A DNA stretch of 32,697 bases from Chiloscyllium plagiosum (lineage: Eukaryota). The notes under the pieces were generated by a model that worked only from the letters and a program-made list of their open reading frames with translations, was not told where the DNA came from and ran no database searches. A program made the translations under genes and the position numbers. Shown piece by piece: positions 20,770-32,254 of this stretch. Position 1 is the stretch's first letter, and each line of letters begins with the position of its first letter. Where the stretch lies: contig NW_025213386.1 of assembly GCF_004010195.1 (NCBI RefSeq), positions 1 through 32,697 of the forward strand, written 5' to 3'.

Positions 20770-22700
20770 TTAAGGAGTATAATGTAATTCTTAGGCCAAT
20801 TGGCCCTGATTAAAGTGAATGTTCTTCCTCGCCTGTTGGTACCCCATGAGAATGATTCCATTGTTGCTACCCAGATGAGTGTTACGGAGGCTCAATGGTT
20901 AGCTAGGATCCTTTATTTGGTGTAGCAGACACCCCCTAATTAAATTTTACTAAGTTGTAGCTCCCTCAGGGTGAGGTAGGGTGGACCTTCTGGACTTAAA
21001 GAGATATCAAGTAAGTGCTCTGTTAGCAGGTGTGGGTGACTGGGTACAGGAGGATTCCGAATCGATTTAGCTTGACATTGAAACCTCTCAGTCGAGATGT
21101 CCCCTAGTTAATCTATTATTCATGGATAAGATGGAATCCATGATTGGGCTCTTATACTGCTCAATCATTTTTTTTAAAAAAATTCGGTGAAAGCTTTGGA
21201 GGATAATGAGGTTAGACGAGGGCAATTGGCTTAAGACCTCACTGTTTACCCTGTTGGTGGGAGCCCAAGGATTTAAACCTCGCACCATGGATTCCAGCTT
21301 TAAGCCAAGGGAGAATAAGGAGGGAATCTCTTGTTAGGGAGATGTATTCAAGGGGACATCTAAATGTCCAGCTAAATAAGAAATATGGATTGTCTAATAG
21401 GGACCTGTTCTGGTACTTTTCAGATAAGGGATTGTATACGGAGGAAGACCACACTGTTTGCTCACCCTTGCAAGTCAGACGTGGAGAAGAGTGCTCCGGT
21501 GCATGGGCGCTCTTTCAGTTCGTACTTTGTATCTTTTACAGAAAGGACGTGCCTTAGGAGATACAACATAAAACATTACAATGCAGTACAGGTCCTTCGG
21601 CCATCGATGTTGCGCCAATCTGAAACCTATCTAACCTACACTATTCCATGTATGTCCATATGCTTGTCCAATGACTACTTAAATGTACTTAATGTTGGCA
21701 AATCTATTACCATTGCAGGCAAAGCATTCCATACCCTTACTACACTCTCTGACTAAAGATGTGGAGAGACTCTGTAGGACTTGGAATCGGGAACTAGGAA
21801 AGGATATTTCATTGGAAACATGGGAAGATACATGGGAAAATGTAAAGAAAATCTCAATATGTTAACAAAGCACAGGCCACGCTCTTGAAAATTTTACACT
21901 AGGCTCACATGGCGCCAGAGAAGCTAGCTAAGTTCAGAGGGGAGCATCTCCAGGGTGTCCCAAATGTAAAATTAGCGTAGGCAATCTCGCATACTGCTAT
22001 TGGTCATGTTGCAAGATCTGGAGATCCTAGAGTGCCATAATAAACAAGCTGAAGGAAATCCTGGGAATTGAAGTCAAAGTTAACCCAGTATTTCTTCTTC
22101 TGAGGTTGCCAAATTTTTCCTCTTTGGGGAAACACGGGAACAGATTGGGTAAGAATGCTACACAAAGTGCGAGGAAGAACATTTTAATGAATTGGATGTT
22201 GGCAAAACCCCAGGTCTTATGCGGTGGCGCAGGCTGGTGATAGAGCATCTCTCCCAAGACTACCTCTCAAATATGGTGCACCACAAAACCGAACAGTTTT
22301 ATAAGACATGGCCCTTTCTAAATTATATTGACGCAGATTTATCGGCATAGGGCTGTGATATAACCATGGGAATCAGATTGGGTGCCTGTCGGGTCCTGGA
22401 GGGGGGGGGAACAGGAACAATGACTGGTGCCCCTAGGGCTGGGAGCTTTAGTGTAGGTATGGTGAGTGAAATAAAATACAGTAATGTGATTTAAGCTAAT
22501 TTGGAATTCGGCTTTATTTAATTTTTATTTAATCTGATTGTAGTTTAATTTAAGTTAAGTAGATAGTTTGTCCTGGTAGAATAGTAGGTAGTTTATCATT
22601 AATAGTATTGTGATATGACCTCGTTGTACCATCTTTATCTTATAGTTGTTTTGTGAAAGATTTGAAAAAATGTTTAATAAAAATATTTATATTTTTTAAA
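20770..22700 (+). mobile_element. L1-clade LINE, 3' portion of ORF2 + 3' UTR, decayed
   Basis: LGQLALIKVNVLPRLL (~20790), WNRELGKDISLETWEDTWENVKKISIC, Cys-rich motif CPKC..GNLAYCYWSCCKI (~21955-22020), AATAAA and A-rich end at ~22676-22703. Confidence 0.85.
21558..21750 (-). mobile_element. HER1/CR1 3' end inserted in the L1 copy
   Basis: Minus strand GTAAGGGTATGGAATGCTTTGCC..GGCCGAAGGACCTGTACTGCATTGTAATGTTTTATGTT, homologous to 9070-9295. Confidence 0.8.
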
Positions 22701-22859
22701 AAAGTGTCATCAAATCTCAGTGGTTGTGGAAAGGTTGAGGAGGTTGATTGTATGATTGTTAGAAACACATGGAGTACCACTTGTAACTGGCTGATGTCTT
22801 TTCTGCTGAATTGGGTGTCACCTTCCAGGGGTGGACACAATGCTGGTGGGGAATGATGC

Positions 22860-24725
22860 TTTTGAAAATTTAAGAAGAAATAGATGGGGAAATGGGCTAT
22901 TGGTTGCATAGGACAAGTGGGTTTGAAGAGAGTGGCTTTGACAGTGATTTTGAAATAGTGCATGAGGAAAGGGAAATTTTTGTGTAGATTGGATTATGTG
23001 GAGGTCAGGAAGGCAGTTGAGAGGAAGGGTGATGAAAAAATGAAATGAATCACTAGGTTGAAAAGAAAGAGAGGTGAGCAAGAAATTGCCAATAGATAGA
23101 GATACTGGTTTGGTTGGGTCGGATGCTGGAAGAGGATGAGGTGCTCAGAAAAGGATGTGCACACCACAGTTAATGTTGGAAGTAATGTCAGATGATGGTT
23201 AAAGTGATTGATTATTCTGGATTGAAACTGAATAGTGGCATTGTACTGTAAGCCTGAAAAAAAAGTAGTGGATAATTTGGCTAATTAAAATAAATCAAAA
23301 TGACGAATGATCTGTTTAAGTTGGATCTGGCACTTGACTGGGAATCTGAGATATCATATGGGTTCAGGTCAGTACTGGGGCCTTTGCTGTTCGTGACGTA
23401 CATTTAAGTCCAAATCATTAAATGTACATGGTATGATCAAAGCATTCACAGATGACATGAAAATTAATAGTGCTAAATAGTGACGATAGCTGTAAATGGA
23501 ATGAGGAGAACTACAGCTGGTCAGGTGGGCAATTGAAATTCAGCCTGAAATATCATGAGGTAATGCCATAGAGATTATACTATGAATGATAAGACCCTAG
23601 AAAGTACTGAAGATCAACAGGATCTTGATATGCATATCCAAAGATCCTTGAAGGTAACAGGGCAGATAGGAAAGGTGGTTAAGAAAGCATACAAGGTATT
23701 CATCTTAATTAGCTGAGATATAGAATACAAAAGCAAAGAGGTTATGCTATAACTATATAAAATTCTGGTTAGGCCACAACTGAAATACTTAATGCAGTTC
23801 TGGTAACCACATTTTACAGGATGGATGTGATTTTCCCTTTTAGAGGATGCAGAGGAGATTTACCAGGATGCTGCCTGAGTAGGGGGTCTAAGCTGTGAGG
23901 AAAGATAGGCTGGAGTTATTTTCCTGAGAGCAGCAAAGGTTGAGAAGGGATACTGATGGAGGCTTATAAGATTGAGGGAATTGATAGGCAACATCAATTA
24001 GGAAGGCACTTTTTCAAGTAATAGAGGCGTCAATATCTAGTAGGCATAAATTTAAGATAAGAAATAGGAGGAGATTTGAAATGTTCTTACTTGAAGGGTG
24101 ATGGAAGTGTGGAACCCGTTACCTGAAAGGGTGGTTGAGTCAGAACTCTCATACTGTTTATATATTTAGTTATGTTGCCAAAGCTTTGCAGGGCTATATG
24201 CTGAGAATTGGAAACAGGATTTGTGTAATCCAATCTTTGTTGACAGGCATAAAGATGATGGACTGAATGGCCTCCTGCTGTGCTATAAACATCTGATTCT
24301 ATAAGGAGATGAGTTATCAGCTCAGTGTGCTGAAGCTAGTCCTTCTATAATGTCCAATGAAGTGATGATCAGGTCTGTACAAAGAAGTGAGCTTAGGGAA
24401 GGAGGCAGTGATTGAATTGTCTTGAACAAAGTATCACAGGCAAGGTCAAGGTCAAGATCCAGGTAAACCAGATTGACAATGGCAGAAATGTCTGACAAAT
24501 GGACTGCAGGAATGGGGCTGTTGGAATTGTTTGGGAGATGGAGCAAGAGGCCTTCCTCCTTGGGCAGTGGTGAAAACAGAAGGATGTAGTGGATCTGTAG
24601 AGTCCAGAAACAATGAACGATGGCCAGGTTTGCAGGGGGTTAAGAACAAGGATGAGGATGTTTAGAGGAAACACCAAGATGAAGATTAAAGTGTAGGAGG
24701 TGCTAAGAAAAGTTGAGTTCAATTG
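22860..24725 (-). mobile_element. Old L2-like LINE remnant, split by a CR1 copy
   Basis: Minus-strand LNCLP..FK.TVKATLF (L2 C-terminus, ~22925-23030) and VYLDLDLDLACDTL (RT LDLS.AFDT-like, ~24430-24470). Confidence 0.5.
23320..24303 (+). mobile_element. CR1/HER1 fragment (RT to tail), decayed
   Basis: GSVLGPLLF, FTDDMK, IEYKSKEVML*LYKILVRPQLKY and RRFTRMLP motifs; tail GAATGGCCTCCTGCTGTGCTATAAACATCTGATTCTAT. Confidence 0.85.
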
Positions 24726-25096
24726 AATGTGTCACTTTCTTTTTTAAAGAGAAAAGCCTTGATTTGATACCAGAATTGTGCAAAGGTATTTGCAAAGGAT
24801 TACTGATACTTCCCATATCTGAAATGAGACACATTTGGGGTAAAGTTGAATCTTTCATTTTTGGGTCAGTTTTTCCTATTTGGGTGTAAATGTTCTGGGT
24901 GGAGCACAGAGAAAAATTCCTTGAGAAAGGATGGTACCTTTTTTTTAAACTCCATTTTTGCTAACAATAAATGGAGGCATAATCCGTGATCTGTGGAATA
25001 AATGCACCTCCTTCTCACAGCTTACCTCTTAGCACTCTGCTGAGTCCTTTAGTGTATACTTAAATGAAAAGTAAATAGTCCACCCAAGAAAGGAAC

Positions 25097-25278
25097 TGGT
25101 GGAAGCTAGTACAATTACATTTTTAAAAGGCATCTGGATGGGTATATGAATAGGAAGGGTTGAGAGGGATATGGGGTAAGTGCTGGCAAATGAGACTAGA
25201 TTAATATAGGATATCTGGTCGGCATGGATGAGTTGGACTGAAGGGTCTGTTTCCATGCTGTACATCTTTATGACTCTA
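25097..25278 (+). mobile_element. HER1 3' end
   Basis: Matches 15047-15212 (GGCATCTGGATGGGTATATGAATAG..GGCATGGATGAGTTGGAC..ATGACTCTA). Confidence 0.85.
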
Positions 25279-25414
25279 AACTGCTTCTTGCACACACATT
25301 ACACAAAAGAGCTGACAATTTCTGTAATTGAGACTCACCTTGGCTACTATAAATTTCGAGGAATTTCTAGATAGGCTCCTGTTGCTCAGCCTGTAGATGT
25401 CTCCATAGACAACA

Positions 25415-25517
25415 TCTGTCTCTGTGTCTCTGTGTCTCTGTGTCTCTGTGTCTCTGTGTCTCATTTGTCTCATTTGTCTCATTTGTCTCTGTGTCTCATT
25501 TGTCTGTCTCTGTCTCA
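25415..25517. repeat. Compound simple repeat (TCTGTGTC)n/(TCATTTGTC)n
   Basis: Interleaved 8-mer and 9-mer units sharing TGTCTC. Confidence 0.9.
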
Positions 25518-26863
25518 TGGTTAAATTTAGTTCATATAAGAGATGCTTATGATCTATCTGGATGGGATCCCTTCTAAAATAAACAGTCTTCTGTCATGAC
25601 CAACCAAGTACATGTAGCAACTAAAGCTAGAAATTCAGTTGTAATCTTTAACAACTAAAAACTAGCAGGTTACTTGGTAGAGGTTGAAGTTTTTTAAAAT
25701 GTTCTAGATGAAATCCTTGAAATTGAGTTTGGCTTTTTTCAGAAGAGAGTACATCACAATCAAGATTGCTCAGGTATCTTTATGCTTGCAATAAGACCTG
25801 CTTCACTTTAAGCTTCTGTCAAATAAGCATTCAGACAATAAAAGGTATCAGGTTTATCACAGCCATGTTAATTTCTGAGAAGGAATCGCAATATTCACCA
25901 ACTTGAGTCAGAGGATATGCTATTTCCTGACAATATAGACCTTATCACGAAAATCTGATGGAAAAATGTTTGGGCAAGTACATAGATGAGTCAGAACGAT
26001 TTTGAATTATATAAAGTCTATGTCTGAAATTAACATTTAAGATAATGCATTGAATATATGAAATTATAGGTATTGATCAAGTTTGGCATCTCAAGAAGTT
26101 GGTTTAATTTGCACTTGTTTTTCCAACTAGAATATGTTGCAACAGTCAGCAATGGAATGCTGCAATGCTTAAATAGCCCTTAACTAGTGAGTACTGGGAA
26201 ATTGGAACTGTATCCTTTATTGTGAAATTGTGCTTGATTAAGTAGACCCTTCCCACTGGGTTCTGCACAACAGTCGCATATTCCAGACTATTGGTTGTCT
26301 GTCGTGTAGTGAGGCAATTGAATAACTTCAAAGCAAAGCAAGCAGAGTAAGCTGTAAATAATTTACTGTTTTATTTTCCCAATTGATAATTTCACTGACT
26401 TTTTAATTGTTCATTAATGACTTGTAGGATTTGTTTATCCTTGAAGTTTCCTTTAGGAACTTGAGAGGCAATGGTAAAGAAAAGTTTAAATCGAGATCAT
26501 AATCTGTGTTGTAGTAATAACCAACAAATTGCTGTAAGTTCTAGCTTTAGGGTTATATACTTTTATAACTGAAGTATTTATCATCTTTTAAAATAGTTAT
26601 ATACACATTGTCCTTGAACACTCTTGTGTACACATTTTCTGTAAAAATAGAGCAGCAGCTGATTTTCTTTGGTTTGTGAAGGGATTAGCATTTTGTGTAC
26701 TAAAATCAACACTTCGTTCCATGAAGTTGACCTATAGTGTGTACTTCTAAGACTTGTCTACTAGCTGAAAACCATAAGTACTTTATAATTAAATTTACTG
26801 GAGTTACTTGTATAGAATGAATAATATTTTTACTATATGAGTTATACAGTCTTCTTTAATGTT

Positions 26864-27690
26864 GAGTCACAGTGTCATACAACAAAGAAACAGGCCCTTT
26901 GGTCCAATTTGTCTTTGTTGACCATGTTGCCAAACTAAACTAGTCTCAAATGCCTGTATTTGGTCCATATCCCTCTAAATCTTTTCTATTCCTGTATCTG
27001 TCCAAAAGTCATTTAAATGTTGTAAGTATACTAGCCTCTACCACTTCCTTTGGTAGCTCATTCCACACATGCACCCTTCTGTGTGAAAATATTGCTGCTC
27101 AGGTCCTTTTTTTAAAAAAAAAAATCTTTCACCTCGCTTAAACATGTACTCTCTCTAGGTTTGTAGTCCCCTACCCTTGGAAAAAGACCTTGGTAATCAC
27201 GTTATCTATGCCCCTCATGGTTTTTTAAACCTCTGTATAGTCACCCCTCAGCCTCTGCTCCAGGGGAAAAAAGTCCCAGCCTATCCAAACCCTCCTTGTA
27301 ACTCAAACTCCCCAGTCCCAGCAGCTTCGAAGGTTTTTCTGAACCCTTTTTAGTTTAACAATGTTCTTTCTACAGCAGGGCGACTGGAATTGTACTCAGT
27401 ATTCCAAAAGTGACCTCACCAATGTATTGTACAGCCGCAACATGATGGCCTAATTCTGAAACTCGATGCTCTGACCAATAAATGCAAGCATGTCTACCGC
27501 TGCCTTCACCAACTTGACGACATGCGACACTGCTTTCAGGGGACTATGAACCTGCACCCATAGATCCCTCTGTTTGACAGTACACCCCAACTCCCTACCA
27601 TTAACTATGTAAATCTTGCCTCATTTATCTAAATTAAACTGCATCAAATACCCATTGGCCCATCTGATCAAGATCTCTATGTACTCTTAG
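26864..27690 (-). mobile_element. HER1/CR1 3' fragment
   Basis: Reverse complement matches 32255-32697 and 14622-15212 (GGCTGAGGGGTGAC, AAAACCATGAGGGGC); tail ATGACACTGTGACTC. Confidence 0.9.
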
Positions 27691-27774
27691 ATTCGTTGAT
27701 TACTGAATCTCATTAGACTATGATGAAATAGTATTAAACATTTTAAAGCATTTTTAGAAAATGAAACATCATGC

Positions 27775-29199
27775 ACACAGGCCCCAGTGGATTGGAAAAT
27801 GGCTAATATAACATGCTTATTCAGATAGGAAGGTAATCAAAATGTAGGAAATTAAAGACCAGTTAGTTTAACATTTGTTGGGAAAGTGTTAGAATCAATT
27901 ATTGAGGACACAATATAGGGACATTTGGAAAATCAAACTCTATCCATCAGTGTCAGTACGGTTTTATGAGGGGCAAATCCTGTTTGTCTAATTTGCTAGA
28001 GTTCTTCAAAGATGTAACAAGCAAGTTGGATAATGGGGATGCGGTAGATGTAATTTATCTGGACTTGCAGAAGGCATTTGATAAGGTGCTGCACAAAAGG
28101 TTAATCACAAGGTGGGATCATATGGGATTAGGGGGAGTTTTAGCCTGGATAGATGACTGGCTGATGGACTGAAGATAGAGAGTCATGATAAGTTTTTTTT
28201 TCTCTCTGGATGGCAAGATATAACTAGTGGGGTGCCACAGGCTTCAGTCCTTGGATCCCAGCTATTTATAATCTGCATTAACAATGCGAATACAGGGAAA
28301 GAAGGTTCGATAGCCAGATTTGTGCCAACACAAAAATAGGCAGGCAGTTGAAATGAGAACCTTACAAATGGATATAGCTAGGTTAGGAGAGTGAGCCAAA
28401 TGTGGCAGATGGAGTTGAACACTGAGACCTGCAAGGTCATGCATTTGGGTCAAAAAATGGAAGGCGACCTATTATCTCAATGGGGTGGTCTGATGCAGCG
28501 GAATCTAGGTATACTCATTCATGAGTCACCAGAAATAAGCATGCAGGTACAGCAGATAATAAAGAAAGCGAATGGAATGTTGGCTTTTCTAGCTGAAGGG
28601 ATAGAATATAAAGATAAGGATCCATTATTGCAACTATACAAGGTATTGCTGCGACTGCACCTGGAGTATTGTGCACAGTCTTGGTCCGCTTATTTGAGTA
28701 AAGATGTAATGCATTGGAGGCAGTTCAGAGGCGGTTTATGAAATTGATCCCAGCGATGAGGGGTTTGTCGTATGAAGAAAGATTGAACCATTCAGGGCAG
28801 TACTGTCTGGAATTTAGAAGAATGAGGGGAAATCAAATTGAGGTACTCAAGATGATAAAAGGTTTGGATAAAATAGAATTGGAGCGGATGTTTCCTCTTG
28901 TGGGGCATTCTAGGATGAGAGGATAAGACTATGGGTTAGCAAATTTAAAACTGAGTTGAGGAGAAACTACTGCTCTCTCAGGGCTGTGAATCTGTGGAAT
29001 TTGCTATCCCAAAGTGTGATGGATGCTGGGAAAATGAGTAAATTTTAAGGAGGAGTTAGACAGATTTTTAATTGGTAATGTGTTGAAGAGTTGTGGAGAG
29101 AAGGCAGAAAAATGGGAATGAGGAACATATCAGCCATGATCGAACAACAGTACTGACTTGATGGGCCAAATGGTCTAATTCTGTATTTTATGAACTTAT
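27775..29199 (+). mobile_element. CR1-clade LINE (RT to tail), decayed
   Basis: ORFs 27966-28172 (KSCLSNLLEFF..DVIYLDLQKAFDKV), 28391-28741 and 28714-28926. Confidence 0.9.
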
Positions 29200-29399
29200 A
29201 CACATTATTTGTAAACTTAATGTGTCCACAAAAATATTATAAAAATGTGTAAATCGTTATTTTATCTTAAACTTCTGAAGGGCATATTGAAAATCAGTGC
29301 GTGTTCTTGCCAAATGATTTTTTTTTTTGTTTCAATTTTTTAATATCCTTTTGCTTCTTGGTTGCAGACATAGTCTGGTTAGTTGATAAATTTAATATT

Positions 29400-29899
29400 A
29401 GCGTGTTTTGAGAAGATTTGTAGCTCAGGTTGAGGTTCTGGATGTAAGTTTGCTCGCTGAACTGGAAGGTTCATTTTTCAGATGTTTTGTCACCATACTA
29501 GGTAACATCAGTGAGCCTCCGGTGAAGCACTGACGTTATGATCCACTTTTTATTTGTGTTTAGGTTTCCTTGGGTTGGTGATGTCATTTCCTGTGGTGTT
29601 GTCATTTCCCTTTTTTTTTTCCCAGAGGGTGGTAAATGAGGTCCAAGTCAATGTGTTTGTTGATAGAGTTCTGGTTGGAATGCCATGCTTCTATCAACAA
29701 ACACATCGACTTGGACCCCATTTACCACCCTCTGAGAAAAAAGGATGGGAAATGATGTCACCAACCCAAGGAAATCTAAACACATAAAAGAAAGCAGATA
29801 ATAACATCAATGTTCACCGGAGGCTCACTGATGTTACCTAGTATGGTGACAAAAAGTCTGAAAATGTACTTTCCAGTTCAGTGAGCAAACTTAGATCCA
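29400..29899. mobile_element. PLE-derived fold-back element (second family) with decayed hammerhead-type cores
   Basis: Inverted arms at 29439-29667 and 29690-29899. Minus strand encodes AWHSNQNSINKHIDLD (PLE C-terminal type); plus arm encodes SINKHIDLDPIYHPL. Putative TSD TAAATTTAATATT / TAAGTTAAATATT (11/13) at 29387-29399 and 29900-29912. Confidence 0.8.
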
Positions 29900-30051
29900 T
29901 AAGTTAAATATTTCTTAAGGAAGGAAGACAACTGCATGATTATGGTTCATAATAGTTAGTATATTGCTTATACTATTTGGATCAAACTTGATAATGTAAT
30001 CCCTTGCTACATACATGTGTTGAGATTTGCTACTTCAGTGAGCATAAGCAA

Positions 30052-30079
30052 GACTAACTAATTCGTTCTATTTGTTTAG
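30052..30079 (+). promoter_or_regulatory. Branch point and 3' splice site of intron 1
   Basis: GACTAAC at 30052-30058, then a T-rich tract, with the first downstream AG at 30078-30079. Confidence 0.85.
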
Positions 30080-30091
30080 ACAAATTGCAGA

Positions 30092-30703
30092 ATGACTTCC
30101 TTGGAAGCTAATAATGCTGACAGCACGTTGGTTCTCAGTACACCACCCTCTGTCAATGCGAAAAACAGGAAATATTCTCCCGTTATATTGGAAGAGCAAG
30201 AAAGGAAAGCATTAGATGTGAAGAAGATTGCAGTGAAAAAGCTGAAGAAGTGCTGTTCTTGCACCCCAACAAAGGCAAAAGACTTTTTTGTTGATCTCTT
30301 TCCTGTTATACGATGGTTTCCAAAGTACAAATGGAAAGAATGGATTTTGGGTGATATTATGTCTGGACTGATTGTGGGCATCCTACTTGTCCCTCAGTCA
30401 ATAGCCTATTCATTGCTTGCAGGGCAGGAACCAATATATGGGCTTTACACATCATTCTTTGCCTGCATCATCTACTTTCTGATGGGAACATCAAGGCATA
30501 TTTCAGTTGGTATCTTTGGTGTGCTTTGCTTAATGATTGGCCAGGTTGTGGATCGAGAAGTTCAGTACTTTGGGTTTGACCTCAATGATGTTAATAAAAC
30601 TGCCCAATCAGAAATGTTTAACCAGTCCACGGATTTTTGTGACAGAAGTTGTTTTGCCATTCGCGTTGGCTCTACTTTGACATTTATGGCTGGTGTCTAT
30701 CAG
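30092..30703 (+). CDS. slc26a2: Sulfate transporter SLC26A2 (DTDST), first coding exon (204 codons; gene continues beyond the window)
   Basis: [75 protein letters not shown] matches SLC26A2 better than SLC26A1 (QAIAY..GLQPIYSLY, SLLCLMVG). Donor CAG|GTAAGT at 30703, phase 0, at the conserved GVYQ|V intron position. Confidence 0.93.
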
Positions 30704-32254
30704 GTAAGTTGAATACTTATCTAAATCTAAATTGATGCTTACTGTATGCACAATATAATGATTATTTGATAGATTTGAAACTTATTCCTTGAGAGTTGGA
30801 ACTAAAACTACATCAATTCTGCTAATTATCTTACAGTTAAATCTCCTCATTAGAATATGGTTGAATAGAAAATTGGGGATAGAGAAGGCATGGGACTTTT
30901 AGTGAAAACTTGAAGTTTCAACTTATTTGGGTTTCATTTGTGAACATTAGGCACAGTGTGTTTGAGAGCCTTCACTTAAGGCAGCATGAGGGTAGGTGAA
31001 AATAAGTTCTCGGCAAAACTTAACAAAACACCAACAATCTTTTCTCAAGCTGTACCAGGAAATCTGGTCATAATTTTAACACAGCCCCTGAGCAAGTGCA
31101 TTTGCAAGAAGTTAAAATATGGGTATCAGTGAGGTTCAAAAGTATGCAAGGTTGTATAATTTGGAGATGTCTGTTTTGGTATCACAAAGAAATTTAGATC
31201 AGGCAGAATTTGTTTGGATAACCATAAAAGATCGGCTAATATTTTGATGCATGATTATACTTGCTTGCATGATCTGCACTGAAAATATTGTAATCATAAG
31301 CCATATAATTGATTATGCTCACAAATCCCTGGGTACAATAATGGTGGAAATTTTAAGACTGTTTATATCAGTAAAGTTATTAAACTCAAAGCACCATTGG
31401 AATGGTTCCTCTTCCCCCTTGCTTACAGTGGCCCACAAAAGAGTTTTCATTAGTTTTAGAACACTACCATGCTCAAATCTATCATCATTGCCCATTGCCA
31501 CATCTTCTAGACAAGCACAGAATAGGGTATGAAGCAATCATCTCAACAATCATTCAAATTATAGAATCTTCATTGAGACATGCAAAGTCTAAGCCAAGTG
31601 CTATAAAGCATGGATTTGGAGTTAAATTTAATTCAAGTACAGAAAAGTATGCCAGGATTGGGAAAGAGAAGATCAAGATAATGATATAAGAAACACACAG
31701 CTTTGGAGAAAAAAATGGGCTTAATGGAGTAAATGGTTGCCTTCTAAATTGCTGTGTGACTTCAAGATTTTACATCTCCATCTTCAATTTCTGGAAGAAT
31801 GGAATTTAGTCCTGTAAATTAAATTTTTATGGCCAGAGAGATTATTTACTGCAGAATCTGTTCTCATTGCCTTCTAAAAGTGTACTTACTTCTAAATTTC
31901 CCAGCCATCTTTAGTGAGGAAGTATTCTAATTTTCGTGAGTTTACATTATATCAATTTGGCAGTGAAATCATTCTGTGAGGATTGTTGCCCCTTACACTG
32001 TACAGCAGTATTTCTGAAGGCACCTTCCAGATTTCCAATCTCGGCAGCACTTGTGTGGACACTGCAAGTTGTTGGCAGGTTTACGTTATTATAGTGGCAA
32101 GGGCTGTTCACATCCCCTTTATCAGGTCGTTCTATTTATTTACCTTTTTCTGTTATCCATTTCAATTCAAACAAAAGGTCAAATTGGATTTTAAGCTGAA
32201 TTTTTATGCAATTTAGATTTCTTACCCCTTTTATAAAAGAATAAATCAATCCAA

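Noticed and set aside
25276..25518. Repetitive RQ/RDTET peptide ORF
   Set aside because: Translation of the microsatellite. The repeat has no unique spacers, so it is not a CRISPR array either.
29439..29899. MITE/DNA transposon or pre-miRNA interpretation of the fold-back (likewise 1160-1337)
   Set aside because: The arms contain PLE C-terminal coding sequence and/or hammerhead-type cores, and the repeat is not terminal on one side, which fits a retroelement origin.
30704..30712. C-terminal VS* of the 206-aa ORF suggesting a truncated transporter
   Set aside because: Read-through into intron 2 (CAG|GTAAGT); the next exon lies beyond the window.
30720..32250. Short ORFs in intron 2 as additional slc26a2 exons
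   Set aside because: No SLC26 similarity; the expected next exon should begin V(A/L)MG-like and is not present.
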